DNA from: Gemmatimonadota bacterium
GTDB lineage: Bacteria; Gemmatimonadota; Gemmatimonadetes; Palauibacterales; Palauibacteraceae
Assembly (NCBI GenBank): GCA_039589875.1
Contig: JBDHGL010000002.1
Span: 6,608 to 70,607, forward strand
DNA: 64,000 bases
Direction: 5' to 3'
The position numbers and the translations under genes are program-made. Under the pieces are notes generated by a model. The model was not told the origin of the DNA. It saw only the letters and a program-made list of their open reading frames with translations, and did no database searches. Positions 1-8,934 of the stretch are shown piece by piece (the stretch's first letter is position 1; the number at the start of each line of letters is the position of its first letter).

Positions 1-633
1 TGCCTCGGCCGGAACGGCTTCGGGTGCCGGCTCAACGTCGGCCGCCGGCGCCTCGCCTCGCGTCTCGATGAAGCCCAGGATGTCATCCCGGGTGACTCGC
101 CCGGCGATTCCGGAGCCCTCTAGTTGCTCGATGTCGACGGCGTGCTCCGCCGCGATTTTCCGAACGAGGGGGGTGGAGCGGGTGCGAATCCGTTCCTCCC
201 GCGTGGCGGGCCCGTCGCCATCCGCTGGCGGCACTGCTGGTTCTGCCAGCGGTTCTGCCGACCGCTCCTCCGGCGCCGCCGCGGCGGGTTCGACCGGCTC
301 GGGAAACGGCTCTGCACGTGAGGCTTCCTGAGGTTCTTCCGCCGCTTCCGGTGCGGCCGGAGCCGCGTCCGGTGCAGCTACTGCCGCGCCTTTCTCGGTC
401 TCGATGCGGGCGACGATGGTGTTCACCTCGACCGTATCGCCCTCCTGTACGAGGATCTCGGCGAGGGTCCCGCTGGCCGGGGACGGGATGTCGGCATCCA
501 CCTTGTCGGTCGAGATCTCGAAGAGATCTTCGTCCCGCTGGACCTCCTCTCCAAGCTGCTTGATCCACTTCGTCAGGGTGCCTTCCGCGATCGACTCGCC
601 CATCTGGGGCATGATCACGTCGACCTTAGCCAT
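1..633 (-). CDS. Dihydrolipoamide acyltransferase (E2) of a 2-oxoacid dehydrogenase complex. The N-terminal lipoyl domain and E3-binding domain are present. The 3' end runs off the window.
   Basis: Reverse-strand translation from the ATG at 633 gives MAKVDVIMPQMGESIAEGTLTKWIKQLGEEVQRDEDLFEISTDKVDADIPSPASG..., which is a biotin/lipoyl attachment motif. An Ala/Pro/Glu-rich linker follows, then a peripheral-subunit-binding motif (STPLVRKIAAEHAVDIEQLEGSGIAGRVTRDDI). There is no stop before position 1, which is why the ORF track omits it. It lies directly downstream of the E1beta gene. Confidence 0.8.
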   Translation of the reverse strand, partial: MAKVDVIMPQMGESIAEGTLTKWIKQLGEEVQRDEDLFEISTDKVDADIPSPASGTLAEILVQEGDTVEVNTIVARIETEKGAAVAAPDAAPAAPEAAEEPQEASRAEPFPEPVEPAAAAPEERSAEPLAEPAVPPADGDGPATREERIRTRSTPLVRKIAAEHAVDIEQLEGSGIAGRVTRDDILGFIETRGEAPAADVEPAPEAVPAEA

Positions 634-706
634 CTACGCCATCTCTTTCTCTTGGCCCGTTCTGGACGGGCGGTCAGCGATCAACGAATCGACGAGAGAT
701 TCGATC

Positions 707-1690
707 CTAGTAATCCAGCTGCCAGCGAGCGGCAGCGATGATGTCGTCGGTCTGGGGGAGATAGTATTCCTCGAGCGGCGGAGAGAAGGGGATCGGAGTG
801 TCCAGCGCGGTGACCCGCCGCGGCGGCGTGTCAAGCCACTCGAAGGCTTCCTCGCAGATCTGGGCGATGATCTCGCCGGCCAGCCCCCCGAAGCGCGGAG
901 CCTCGTGCACGACCAACACGCGACCCGTTCGACGGACGCTCTCGACGATGGCGGCCGTGTCGAGCGGCCGCAGGCTGCGGAGATCGAGAACCTCCAGCTC
1001 CGCCCCGTCCTCCTCGGCGATTCGCTCTGCGGCCTGCTCGGCTTTGTAGACCATGGCGCCGTAGGTCACGAGGGTGAGATCGGATCCGGGTCGGTGCGTC
1101 CGAGCCTCGCCGAGCGGGACAAAGACCTCCTCGTCCTGGGGGAGCGTCTCCTTGATTCGCCGATAGAGGTACTTGTGCTCGAAGAACAAGACAGGGTCCG
1201 GATCGCGAATCGCGGCCTTCAGGAGGCCCTTTGCGTCGTAGGCGGTGGCCGGTGCCACCATCTTGAGTCCCGCCACGTTCGCGAAGTACGACTCGACGTT
1301 CTGGGAGTGAAACGGCCCGGCGTGAGCTCCTCCTCCACACGGCCCGCGAATCACGAGCCCGGCGCCGACACCGGTGCGATAGCGCACCTTGGCGGCGAAG
1401 TTGACGATCATGTCGAAGGCCGGAGCGATGAAGTCGATGAACTGCATCTCGGCGATCGGCTTGAAACCCATGTGTGCCGCCCCGATCGCCGCCCCAACGA
1501 TCGCCGCTTCGGATATCGGGGTGTCGATTACCCGATCCGGCCCGAACTCCTCCAGGAACCCTTCCGTGATCTTGAAGGCGCCGCCGTACGTGCCGATATC
1601 CTCTCCCATGATGAAGACGTCCGGGTCCGTCTTCATCTCCTCCCAGATCGCCTCGCGGATCGCTTCGAGGTAGGTCGTCGTGCCGCTCAT
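707..1690 (-). CDS. 2-oxoacid (pyruvate/acetoin-type) dehydrogenase E1 component, beta subunit (transketolase-like)
   Basis: Product MSGTTTYLEAIREAIWEEMKTDPDVFIMGEDIG...FKITEGF...DTPISE is a typical E1beta. The ORF-track M at 1759 is an upstream extension. The internal ATG at 1690 overlaps the E1alpha stop as ATGA (translational coupling). Confidence 0.9.
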   Translation of the reverse strand: MSGTTTYLEAIREAIWEEMKTDPDVFIMGEDIGTYGGAFKITEGFLEEFGPDRVIDTPISEAAIVGAAIGAAHMGFKPIAEMQFIDFIAPAFDMIVNFAAKVRYRTGVGAGLVIRGPCGGGAHAGPFHSQNVESYFANVAGLKMVAPATAYDAKGLLKAAIRDPDPVLFFEHKYLYRRIKETLPQDEEVFVPLGEARTHRPGSDLTLVTYGAMVYKAEQAAERIAEEDGAELEVLDLRSLRPLDTAAIVESVRRTGRVLVVHEAPRFGGLAGEIIAQICEEAFEWLDTPPRRVTALDTPIPFSPPLEEYYLPQTDDIIAAARWQLDY

Positions 1691-2853
1691 GGTCCGCCCG
1701 CCTCGGATGCGGCGGGCCGTTCGGACAGATCGTCGTACACGGCTTCGCGGCGCGTCCACGGAACCGGAACAGCATCCCGGTCGAAGGTCCCGAAACGGGC
1801 TTCGTCACCGTCGGGCATCGGTGCGGAGAGGGCCTCATCGACCGCCTGGGCCAACTCCCGCCGCACGCCCTCCTTTACCACCGCCAGCGCGGCCCGAGAC
1901 ACGAACCCGGAGTCGACCAGGTATTGCTCGAGCCCGCTGACCGGATCGCGAGCTTTCCATCCCTGCAGCTCGGCCTCGGGGACGTAGTCCTGCGCATCGT
2001 GTTGATCTTGCCCGAGCATTCGATACGTCTCGGCCACGATGATCGTCATCCCGTCGCCACGCCTCGCTCGGCCGACGGCCCGTTGGGATTCATCGTAGAC
2101 GGCGAGCGCGTCATTCCCGTCCACCGTAGCTGCCGGCACTCCGTACGCGGAGGCCACGTCCAGCCAATCCGCGACCGCAGCCTCCTGGTCACTCCGGGTC
2201 GAGTACGCCCACCTATTGTGCTCGATGATGACGACGATCGGTAGGCGTTGGGCGGCGGCGAAGTTGAGCCCCTCGTGCGATGCTCCCGTTCGGGTCTCCC
2301 CTTCGCCCTGATACGTCAGGCAGACGCGCGCCTCCCCGCGCATGCGGAAGGCGAGAGCGACGCCGTTGAGGACACACAGCTGAGTTCCGAGAGGGCTGAT
2401 CGGACCGAGGAGACCGAGCTCCGGAATCGTAAAATGGTCTACCTCGTCCTTCCCGCCGGACGGCGAGCTGGCCCGGGCCATGTACTGCAGCAGCATCTCG
2501 CGCGGCCGTACCCCGCGAACGAGGAGGGCACCGAGGTCCCGGGCCGATGGGGCGAGCCAGTCCTGCTCCCCGAGAGCAAAGGCGCTGCCGACGGCCGTTG
2601 CCTCTTGACCCAAGCTCCGGCACAGGTTGCCGACGATCTGATCCTGCTTGAACAGCCGGTCGAGCCACTCCTCCAGCCCCCTGGTGAGGAGGAGAAACCG
2701 GTAGAGGTCTCGTAGCTGTTCTCTGTTCAGCGATGCCAACCGATGCCGTCCCGCCAGATTTGGTTCGATGTGCCGCCGAACATACGGCACCTCACGGAAC
2801 CGTACAATCGACGCTCGCCGATCCAAGAGACTAGAAGTGGGCGCAGAGCCCAC
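1687..2853 (-). CDS. 2-oxoacid dehydrogenase E1 component, alpha subunit (TPP-binding)
   Basis: 388 aa. Motifs: LNREQLRDLYRFLLLTRGLEEWL, GQEATAVGSAFAL, and the TPP-binding region YQGEGETRTGASHEGLNFAAAQRLPIVVIIEHNRWAYST. Its stop overlaps the E1beta start. Confidence 0.85.
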   Translation of the reverse strand: MGSAPTSSLLDRRASIVRFREVPYVRRHIEPNLAGRHRLASLNREQLRDLYRFLLLTRGLEEWLDRLFKQDQIVGNLCRSLGQEATAVGSAFALGEQDWLAPSARDLGALLVRGVRPREMLLQYMARASSPSGGKDEVDHFTIPELGLLGPISPLGTQLCVLNGVALAFRMRGEARVCLTYQGEGETRTGASHEGLNFAAAQRLPIVVIIEHNRWAYSTRSDQEAAVADWLDVASAYGVPAATVDGNDALAVYDESQRAVGRARRGDGMTIIVAETYRMLGQDQHDAQDYVPEAELQGWKARDPVSGLEQYLVDSGFVSRAALAVVKEGVRRELAQAVDEALSAPMPDGDEARFGTFDRDAVPVPWTRREAVYDDLSERPAASEAGGP

Positions 2854-2880
2854 GTGTGTATCGCGCTTTACGTGCGCGCT

Positions 2881-3909
2881 TTACGTTTGGGACTCGGCAG
2901 ACGCCGGAAAGGGCAGCTCGGTCAGTTCCACAAAGGGATCGCCGGAAGGCTCGAGGGCGAGGCGGGAGCCCGGCGGGAGCTCGGCGCGGGCAAGGCCCAG
3001 CGCGATCGGGCCGAGACGCGGTGAGACGACTACCGACCCGAGCGCACCCCGCTCACGATCTCCCTCGTACAGTGGCTGACCGGGAGCGAGGTCCGGCCGA
3101 GGTAGACTGAATCCGCGCAGAATCCGGTTCACGTGGCCCCGAAAGTGGATTCTGGCGACCACCTCCTGCCCGGTGTAGCAGCCTTTCTCGAAGCTGATGG
3201 CCCGGTCGTCCTGGGCGACTTCCTGGGCGAGCTCGTTCTCGCTGAAGTCGGGGCCCCAGACGGGAATGCCTCGCTCGACGCGCAGAATATCCCAGTCGGC
3301 CTGATCCGCCTTCGCGCCCCCGAATTCGAGCGTTGCGGCCTCCAGACTTCCAAGCGTTTCCCCGTACGAATCGGCCGTGACGTAGACATCAAAACCGGGT
3401 CCCTCGATCGCCTCGCGGCCGATGACGTGGGCGTGAAAACCATTCCGCTCGAGCGGAGAGGACTGAAGGGCCTTCAGATCGGAGCTCATCGGCTGGTCTG
3501 CCCAGAAGTCGAGGACCTCGAGAGCTACGGGTCCGACCACGCCTATTCTCCGGTGGTCGGTCTGCTCGAAGACGGCGAAGATAGGCGGCAAATACTTCCG
3601 GAGGTGGGACAGCGCCGAATCGCCGCAGCTCGCCGGCAGATCGAGCCAGACCTCGTCGGTGAGCCGGATCAGCCTCATCTCCGCGACGACCCGGCCCTTG
3701 GGAGTGAGCATGAAGGCGTACGTACCCTGTCCTGGCGAAAGGCCGGTCACATCGTTCGTGGTGAGGCCGTGCAACATCTCCGCGGCCTGCTCGCCCGTCA
3801 CTCGGATGACGACGCGGTCGGCCTCGTCGATAAGGCCGGCCGATTGAAGGAGTGCCGCGTAGCCTGCGCTCGCTCCCGCCGTTTCAGAGACGCTTTGCTG
3901 TGACACCAT
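2881..3909 (-). CDS. ygfZ: YgfZ/CAF17-family folate-binding protein (aminomethyltransferase GcvT-like fold)
   Basis: 342 aa. Carries the YgfZ signature K-G-C-Y-x-G-Q-E (EKGCYTGQEVVARIHFRGHVNR) and has GcvT-like N-terminal domain composition. Confidence 0.75.
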   Translation of the reverse strand: MVSQQSVSETAGASAGYAALLQSAGLIDEADRVVIRVTGEQAAEMLHGLTTNDVTGLSPGQGTYAFMLTPKGRVVAEMRLIRLTDEVWLDLPASCGDSALSHLRKYLPPIFAVFEQTDHRRIGVVGPVALEVLDFWADQPMSSDLKALQSSPLERNGFHAHVIGREAIEGPGFDVYVTADSYGETLGSLEAATLEFGGAKADQADWDILRVERGIPVWGPDFSENELAQEVAQDDRAISFEKGCYTGQEVVARIHFRGHVNRILRGFSLPRPDLAPGQPLYEGDRERGALGSVVVSPRLGPIALGLARAELPPGSRLALEPSGDPFVELTELPFPASAESQT

Positions 3910-3979
3910 GCTTCGTTCGCTCGGTTCTGGAGAGCAGGCCTCGACCCGGCCGGCGGGTCGGGCGCTTCGCTCCGGGCGT

Positions 3980-4022
3980 CGTCAGTAAAAAAAACAGCCC
4001 CCGGCTCGAGGCCGAGGGCTGC
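3980..4022 (-). terminator. Rho-independent terminator candidate downstream of the OmpA-family gene
   Basis: On the minus strand the sequence reads GGCAGCCCTCGGCC-TCGA-GCCGGGGGCTG followed by TTTTTTTT. The stem is GC-rich with one mismatch and the T-run lies immediately 3' on the minus strand. Confidence 0.5.
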
Positions 4023-4110
4023 CTTTGCTAGTCGGGCCGCGCGCTTGGCTTACTTCAGCGGAGGCCTGAGCCGCCGCGCGACGGCCACACGTCGGTTAGA
4101 GGGAGTCGCG

Positions 4111-4761
4111 CTATTGCCCCAGCGTTCCCGCGCGTCCGTCCCACTCGAGGACGAAGGCGACGCGACGGTTCTCGATGCCGCTCTGCGGATCCTGGGCTCC
4201 CGTGTTGCCCGGGTTCACCTGGCGGTTGCGGACCTCACCGAACGTGACCGTTCGGATCCGATCGCCGTTCATGCCGGCGCCGACCAAATAGGCCTTCACG
4301 GCATCCGCGCGTCGCTGTCCCAGACCCGCGTTGTAGGCGACCGAACCGGCCTCATCCGTGAAGCCTTCCAGCGTGATGAGGGCGTCGCCGTGATCGGCGC
4401 GCATCACGCGGGCGAATTCGTCGAGAACCGGCTTGTCGACGTCACGCACGACGTCTGAGGTGAAGTCGAAGTACACCGGGAGGCCGAGCGCCATCCCGCC
4501 GCAGCCGCACTCCTCGAACGCGCGGCGCAGCGCCGCGAGGTCATCCTCGAGAGCGCTCACACGACCTTCCAGATCCGCCACGGCTGCGCCGAGGCCAGCA
4601 AGGGCGGCCAACTGGGCGGCGTGGTCGTCGAGGCTGCTGTTGATGGCGGCGAAACGTGCGTCCAGCTCCTCGACGTGAACGAGGTGGCTGCACCCTCCAG
4701 CCAACACTACGGCGACGAGCGACGCGACCGCAACTTTGAGCGAACTTCCCTTCTTACCCAT
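4111..4761 (-). CDS. OmpA-family lipoprotein (Pal-like) with a coiled-coil N-region and a peptidoglycan-binding OmpA C-domain
   Basis: Signal peptide with lipobox (VVLAGGCS). A heptad-like Ala/Leu-rich segment follows. The OmpA-like domain is ...FDFTSDVVRDVDKPVLDEFARVM...NAGLGQRRADAVKAYLV... Confidence 0.8.
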   Translation of the reverse strand: MGKKGSSLKVAVASLVAVVLAGGCSHLVHVEELDARFAAINSSLDDHAAQLAALAGLGAAVADLEGRVSALEDDLAALRRAFEECGCGGMALGLPVYFDFTSDVVRDVDKPVLDEFARVMRADHGDALITLEGFTDEAGSVAYNAGLGQRRADAVKAYLVGAGMNGDRIRTVTFGEVRNRQVNPGNTGAQDPQSGIENRRVAFVLEWDGRAGTLGQ

Positions 4762-5021
4762 ACAGGCCTCCCTTTAGGGATTCTGAAAAACCCTTGTCGA
4801 AACGCCGACGTCGCGTCCCGAAATACATGTTAGCACGAATGGGGGGGCCATTTAACGTGTAAACCCATCCCATTTTGCGCAAGTGGTAGCTTGCCAGTCC
4901 GGCATCCCGCCGGCGTGCAAGGACGAGGCCATGGCGGCCCGCCCAAGCGTCCGGGGCCTCACACTTTACCGCATTTGCCCGCTCAGCGGAACCCCTGGAA
5001 CAAACGGGGCCCGGAAGGTCC

Positions 5022-6170
5022 CTAAAGAGGCTCTGTTGTCTCCGTGGTCGAGACGGATTTGCGGTACCAGTCGACCGCTCTCTGCCAACCCTCTTCCGTA
5101 GAGACGGCCGGCTTCCAGCCTAGCTCGTCGAAAATTCGCCCGCCGGCGTATGGGTCTCCCTCGGTGAACAACCGAAGGCGGCCCTCCGTAAGAATCGGCC
5201 TCCGTTGCCCGGGAAGCAGGCCGGCAAGCACCTTCGACACGCGGGTGATGAGCTTCATCGCCGGTATCGGAAGCGGCAAGACCGGCGCATCCGACCCCCG
5301 GCCCGCCGCCACACGGACGAGCGTTTTTTGTGTCAGCTGACCGTCGTCCGTGACGTTGTAGGCCTTCCAGGGAGCTGAAGCATGAGTGGCCGCCAGCCAC
5401 GCGGCCAGCGCGACGCTGCCCGCGTAGACGAGCGGCAGGTCGCTGCCACCGCCGCCGAGGGAGGCCAACACAGGCCTGGATGCCCAGCGGATCACCCTGG
5501 GAGTGAAGAGCCGGTCGCGCTCGCCCATGACCATGTCCGGACGGAGGATGCACCACTCGATTCGTTTCCCCGCCTTTCGGACTACCTCCTCGGCCATGCG
5601 CTTCGTGAGGCTGTAGAAGTCATCCTGCGGGATCGGGTACTCGAGCGAGGCTTCCTCATCGATCCCGGATTCCTCGGCGAAAGGCGCTCCATAGACCGCC
5701 ACGCTCGAAATATGGACGAACCTCGGGACGCCGCTGTCGATGGCTTCCTTCAGAACTCGCCGAGTTCCCTCGACGTTGACGTCCACGTGCCGATCCAAGC
5801 CTGCGGGGGTCCCGAGCTGCGCCGCCGAGTGAACGACCGCCTCGCAGCCTTCGGCCGCTCCGCTAATGGAGTTCGAGCTCGTCAAGTCACCGAGCACGAG
5901 CTGACAGCCCAGCTCCTCGAGGAACGATGCCTGGCTGGACGGCCGAACCAGCGCTCTGACCTGCCAGCCCATCTCGCGGAAGAGAGCCGCGGTGTGGCTA
6001 CCGATGAGCCCAGTGCCGCCGGTAAGGAAAACGGTTGCCGAGAGGGCCTCCAGGCCGGCTACGGGATCCGGCTCGGCGCTCTTGTCCTCCGACGCCTCCG
6101 GACCACTGTCGTCGGGCGCGTCCTCCAGCTCGAAGAGCGAATAGGAGTCGCTATCCTCGATGTCTCGCAT
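5022..6170 (-). CDS. NAD-dependent epimerase/dehydratase family protein (extended SDR)
   Basis: Rossmann motif FLTGGTGLIGSHTA is present. The C-terminal ...GRIFDELGWKPAVSTEEGWQRAVDWYRK is typical of sugar-nucleotide epimerases. The start is uncertain. ATG at 6170 (MRDIEDSD...) gives an acidic N-extension. ATG at 6359 gives an Arg/Ser-rich extension that looks non-coding. Confidence 0.7.
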   Translation of the reverse strand: MRDIEDSDSYSLFELEDAPDDSGPEASEDKSAEPDPVAGLEALSATVFLTGGTGLIGSHTAALFREMGWQVRALVRPSSQASFLEELGCQLVLGDLTSSNSISGAAEGCEAVVHSAAQLGTPAGLDRHVDVNVEGTRRVLKEAIDSGVPRFVHISSVAVYGAPFAEESGIDEEASLEYPIPQDDFYSLTKRMAEEVVRKAGKRIEWCILRPDMVMGERDRLFTPRVIRWASRPVLASLGGGGSDLPLVYAGSVALAAWLAATHASAPWKAYNVTDDGQLTQKTLVRVAAGRGSDAPVLPLPIPAMKLITRVSKVLAGLLPGQRRPILTEGRLRLFTEGDPYAGGRIFDELGWKPAVSTEEGWQRAVDWYRKSVSTTETTEPL

Positions 6171-6461
6171 TATGCGATAATCCTCGCGCTCTGCGAAAAG
6201 GATGCCCGGTCGAGACGAAACCACCGTCACCAGGCCGATCGCGATCTTCCGCTTCCGTAAACATGAAGCGGAACGGAGATGTGATCCAAAGTATGATTCT
6301 TCGGCTGGAGAGATAGGGCTTGTCCTCTGGCTCTGGCGGGCGCCGGACCCGCTTCTCACCTTTGTCCTCGGCCGGTAGCGCCGACGTCGTCGAGCTCGAC
6401 CTAGATCCTCGTCCCCTCATATCCGGCGCCGCCGCACGTTGGACCTGCCAGGACCTGGAGG

Positions 6462-7640
6462 GTGATCATGCGACTGCTTAGAGCTGCTCCGTACCCATCG
6501 CCAAGACCGCCCCGACGGGCCGCTCCCCTGGTGCTGCTCGTAGCGCTCTGCGCCGCCTGCTCGACCACGCCGCCGCCCCAGACCGCCCTCATCGCGTCGT
6601 CGGACGTCGATATGTCCACCGTGGAGCTGAGGCTGCGCGTGTACGGCTTTGCCGAGGAGTTCGCGAACGGGATCGTTCGTGCGGCGGACCAGATTCTGGA
6701 ATCCACGCAAGACGCGGCGGTATCACGGACCGCCGTCCGGTGGAAGATCAACACGGTGGCCACCACGCAGCTGACGGCGTTCGGGCTGGACCCACTGGCC
6801 GCTTTCTACGACATGTGGGCCCTGGCGATCCAGATGCGACAGTTCTTCGAGATCGGTGCCGGACAGGAGGCGTTCGGCCCGGACCAGGGGATCGCCCTGG
6901 AGACCACTCGCGGGCTCGAACGGAGGGCGTACGAGTTCGCGGCCTCCCTATCCAGCACCGGCCAGGTGCGCGACACCATACGACGCGACGTCGAAGCGTA
7001 CGCGGCGGCGAACCCGCTCACGGACGTGAACTTCGTGCGAGAGACAGCGACGCACGAGTTCGCCGGCGAGCTGGCGGCCGATCGAACCTCCGGTCTCGCC
7101 GTCCTGGGCGACCTGAGTGTCCAGGTAGGGGATCTCAGCGAGCGGATGAAGTACTACGCGGCGAGCCTGCCCGAACAGTTCCGCTGGCAGTCGGAGCTGC
7201 TCTTTCTGGACATCATCTCCGATTACCAGATCGGCCAGTTCCTCGACGACGTTACGGTCGTCGGTGAAGCAGCGGAGCGGCTCGCGGTTCTCGCCGATTC
7301 GCTTCCGGCGCTCGTGGATGCGCAGGCCGCGGCCGCCATCCGGGCGATGTCCCTCGAGGTTGCCGCATCGCTCCGTGAGGTCGATCGTCAGCGGCTCGAG
7401 ACGCTGGATGCGCTCACCGCAGAGCGGCTCGCGGTGATGGAGAGGCTCACCGCGGAGCGGCTCGCCGTCATGGAGGAGCTCGCGGCCATCACCGCTGGCA
7501 CGGTGGGGCAGGTTCCTTCGGCGTTCGATGAGGTCGTCGACTACGCCTTCAAGCGGGCCCTCGTGCTTCTCGCGTTGATCTTCGTCGGAGGTCTTGTCTT
7601 CGCGTTTCTGCTGCGCCTGATGTGGAATCGATCCGCCTGA
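6462..7640 (+). CDS. Hypothetical lipoprotein carrying an internal tandem repeat and a C-terminal transmembrane helix
   Basis: N-terminus: MIMRLLRAAPYPSPRPPRRAAPLVLLVALCAACS (lipobox). C-terminus: hydrophobic ALVLLALIFVGGLVFAFLL. I recognised no family motif. Confidence 0.55.
   Translation: MIMRLLRAAPYPSPRPPRRAAPLVLLVALCAACSTTPPPQTALIASSDVDMSTVELRLRVYGFAEEFANGIVRAADQILESTQDAAVSRTAVRWKINTVATTQLTAFGLDPLAAFYDMWALAIQMRQFFEIGAGQEAFGPDQGIALETTRGLERRAYEFAASLSSTGQVRDTIRRDVEAYAAANPLTDVNFVRETATHEFAGELAADRTSGLAVLGDLSVQVGDLSERMKYYAASLPEQFRWQSELLFLDIISDYQIGQFLDDVTVVGEAAERLAVLADSLPALVDAQAAAAIRAMSLEVAASLREVDRQRLETLDALTAERLAVMERLTAERLAVMEELAAITAGTVGQVPSAFDEVVDYAFKRALVLLALIFVGGLVFAFLLRLMWNRSA
7413..7478 (+). 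repeat. Direct tandem repeat, 2 x 33 nt, inside the lipoprotein CDS. It encodes LTAERLAVMER / LTAERLAVMEE.
   Basis: ctcaccgcagagcggctcgcggtgatggagagg is followed immediately by ctcaccgcggagcggctcgccgtcatggaggag. The units are about 88% identical. Confidence 0.6.
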
Positions 7641-7711
7641 GCCTGAGGAAGAGGGCGTCATCTTGGTGTCGTCCTACCCGGGCTGTGAACGAGAACAACG
7701 GGCAAGAAAAA

Positions 7712-7736
7712 GGGCGCGACCCGGAGGTCGCGCCCT
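7712..7736. terminator. Bidirectional hairpin terminator candidate between convergent genes
   Basis: The 10-bp GC stem GGGCGCGACC is followed by a CGGA loop and then GGTCGCGCCC. A-run on one side and T-rich on the other. It lies between 7640 (end of a plus-strand gene) and 7791 (end of a minus-strand gene). Confidence 0.5.
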
Positions 7737-7790
7737 TGATCGGCGGAGGCCTGAAGCTCAGAGGTTGATGTCCTCGCGCTAACCTCTAGC

Positions 7791-8534
7791 CTAGAGGACG
7801 TTGATCCGGATGTTGAGCCCGACAGGGAAAGTCTGGAAGCTGCCAAACGGCGACGCATTGGCGTAGAGCGACGTGATCGGCTCCGTGTCTTCCTCGTTAC
7901 CGAAGATCATGTTCACGCCACCGAAGATGCCGATCTCGCCGCAAACTCGGGCGCGAGCCGGCGTGCAGTCTCCGACCTCGAACCCGAGGCGGATTCCACC
8001 GCTGAACTCCGGATAAGCGTCCTGCCAATCGATCAGGCAGAAGCCGCCCGGCGCGTTTTCGCAACCGAGGTCACGCGTGTCGGTCGGGTTGGGGTCGCGG
8101 AAGTCGGCCTTCTGCGAGTTCACGAACGCCGCCCCGCCAAGCATGTAGAGCTGGAACTTGAACTTGCTGTCGGGCTTGTTGATGAAATCGAAGTCGATGC
8201 CGCCATTCAGGTGCCAGATCGTGATGTTGGGTCCCCCCCCGTCGAAATCGCTGCTGAGCGGAGTGGCGACCAGGACGTCCTGGCCCTTGAGCAGATCGAT
8301 TTCGGTACCGAGTCGAAGACCGACCAGCTCGCTTACGGCGTAGCCGAAGCCGACCTCGATCATGGGGCCGCCCTTCGCGATGTCGCTGAGGCCGCCAAGC
8401 GGAATCGCATAACCACCGCCCACGTCGAACGACCAGATCTTCGACGTATAGGCTTGAGCGTTCGCGGCCGACGGGATGGCCACCATGACAACAGCCGCCA
8501 TCAGGAGCGAGCGGAGTGTTTTGTAGCCGAACAT
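7791..8534 (-). CDS. Outer-membrane beta-barrel protein (porin/OmpW-like), secreted
   Basis: The internal ATG at 8534 is preceded by AAGGAGG. Signal peptide: MFGYKTLRSLLMAAVVMVAIPSAANA. The rest shows alternating hydrophobic beta-strand patterning with aromatic girdle residues and a C-terminal ...GLNIRINVL. The ORF-track start at 8645 looks like an upstream extension. Confidence 0.7.
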   Translation of the reverse strand: MFGYKTLRSLLMAAVVMVAIPSAANAQAYTSKIWSFDVGGGYAIPLGGLSDIAKGGPMIEVGFGYAVSELVGLRLGTEIDLLKGQDVLVATPLSSDFDGGGPNITIWHLNGGIDFDFINKPDSKFKFQLYMLGGAAFVNSQKADFRDPNPTDTRDLGCENAPGGFCLIDWQDAYPEFSGGIRLGFEVGDCTPARARVCGEIGIFGGVNMIFGNEEDTEPITSLYANASPFGSFQTFPVGLNIRINVL

Positions 8535-8934
8535 GTCAGGTTTCCTCCTTGCTTCAGTTCGTCCCGAGTTAAATGCCGTTGTCACGGATGGGACGGGAGA
8601 GCATACGGGCTCATCGCCGTTCGCGATGTGTCTGCCCTCGGGCACACTACACCGCGTCGACGCAAGTTTGTGTCATTAGAGGGAATCACGCAAGTACCGC
8701 GTGCTCCCGCAGCAAGATAGATGCCCTTTGTTTATACGGTGGTCCGCGGAGCCGGGCCACGTTTGGCAGGCGTACAAGCAGCCTGTAGCACCAACCCGAT
8801 CCCCGCCTCGGACGCCTTGGAGCGACTGCCACGAGTCTGACGTCCCGCTTGACCGCAAAATGTAACCAAAAGAGCGAAATAAAGGAACAGCGCCGGCAAG
8901 ATCGGTCGTAAGAGGCATCGTGACAGTTAACTGT

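Noticed and set aside
831-1838. 335-aa minus-strand ORF in an alternative frame of E1beta
   Set aside because: It is an Arg/Gly-rich out-of-frame overlap with a confidently called gene.
404-1987. 527-aa plus-strand ORF
   Set aside because: It is antisense to the well-supported E1beta and E2 genes. Its composition is Arg/Ser/Pro-rich with no motifs. This is a typical high-GC antisense open frame.
5382-6260. 292-aa plus-strand ORF
   Set aside because: It is antisense to the epimerase gene and has low-complexity Arg-rich composition.
6948-7661. 237-aa minus-strand ORF
   Set aside because: It is antisense to the lipoprotein gene, with no signal or motif.
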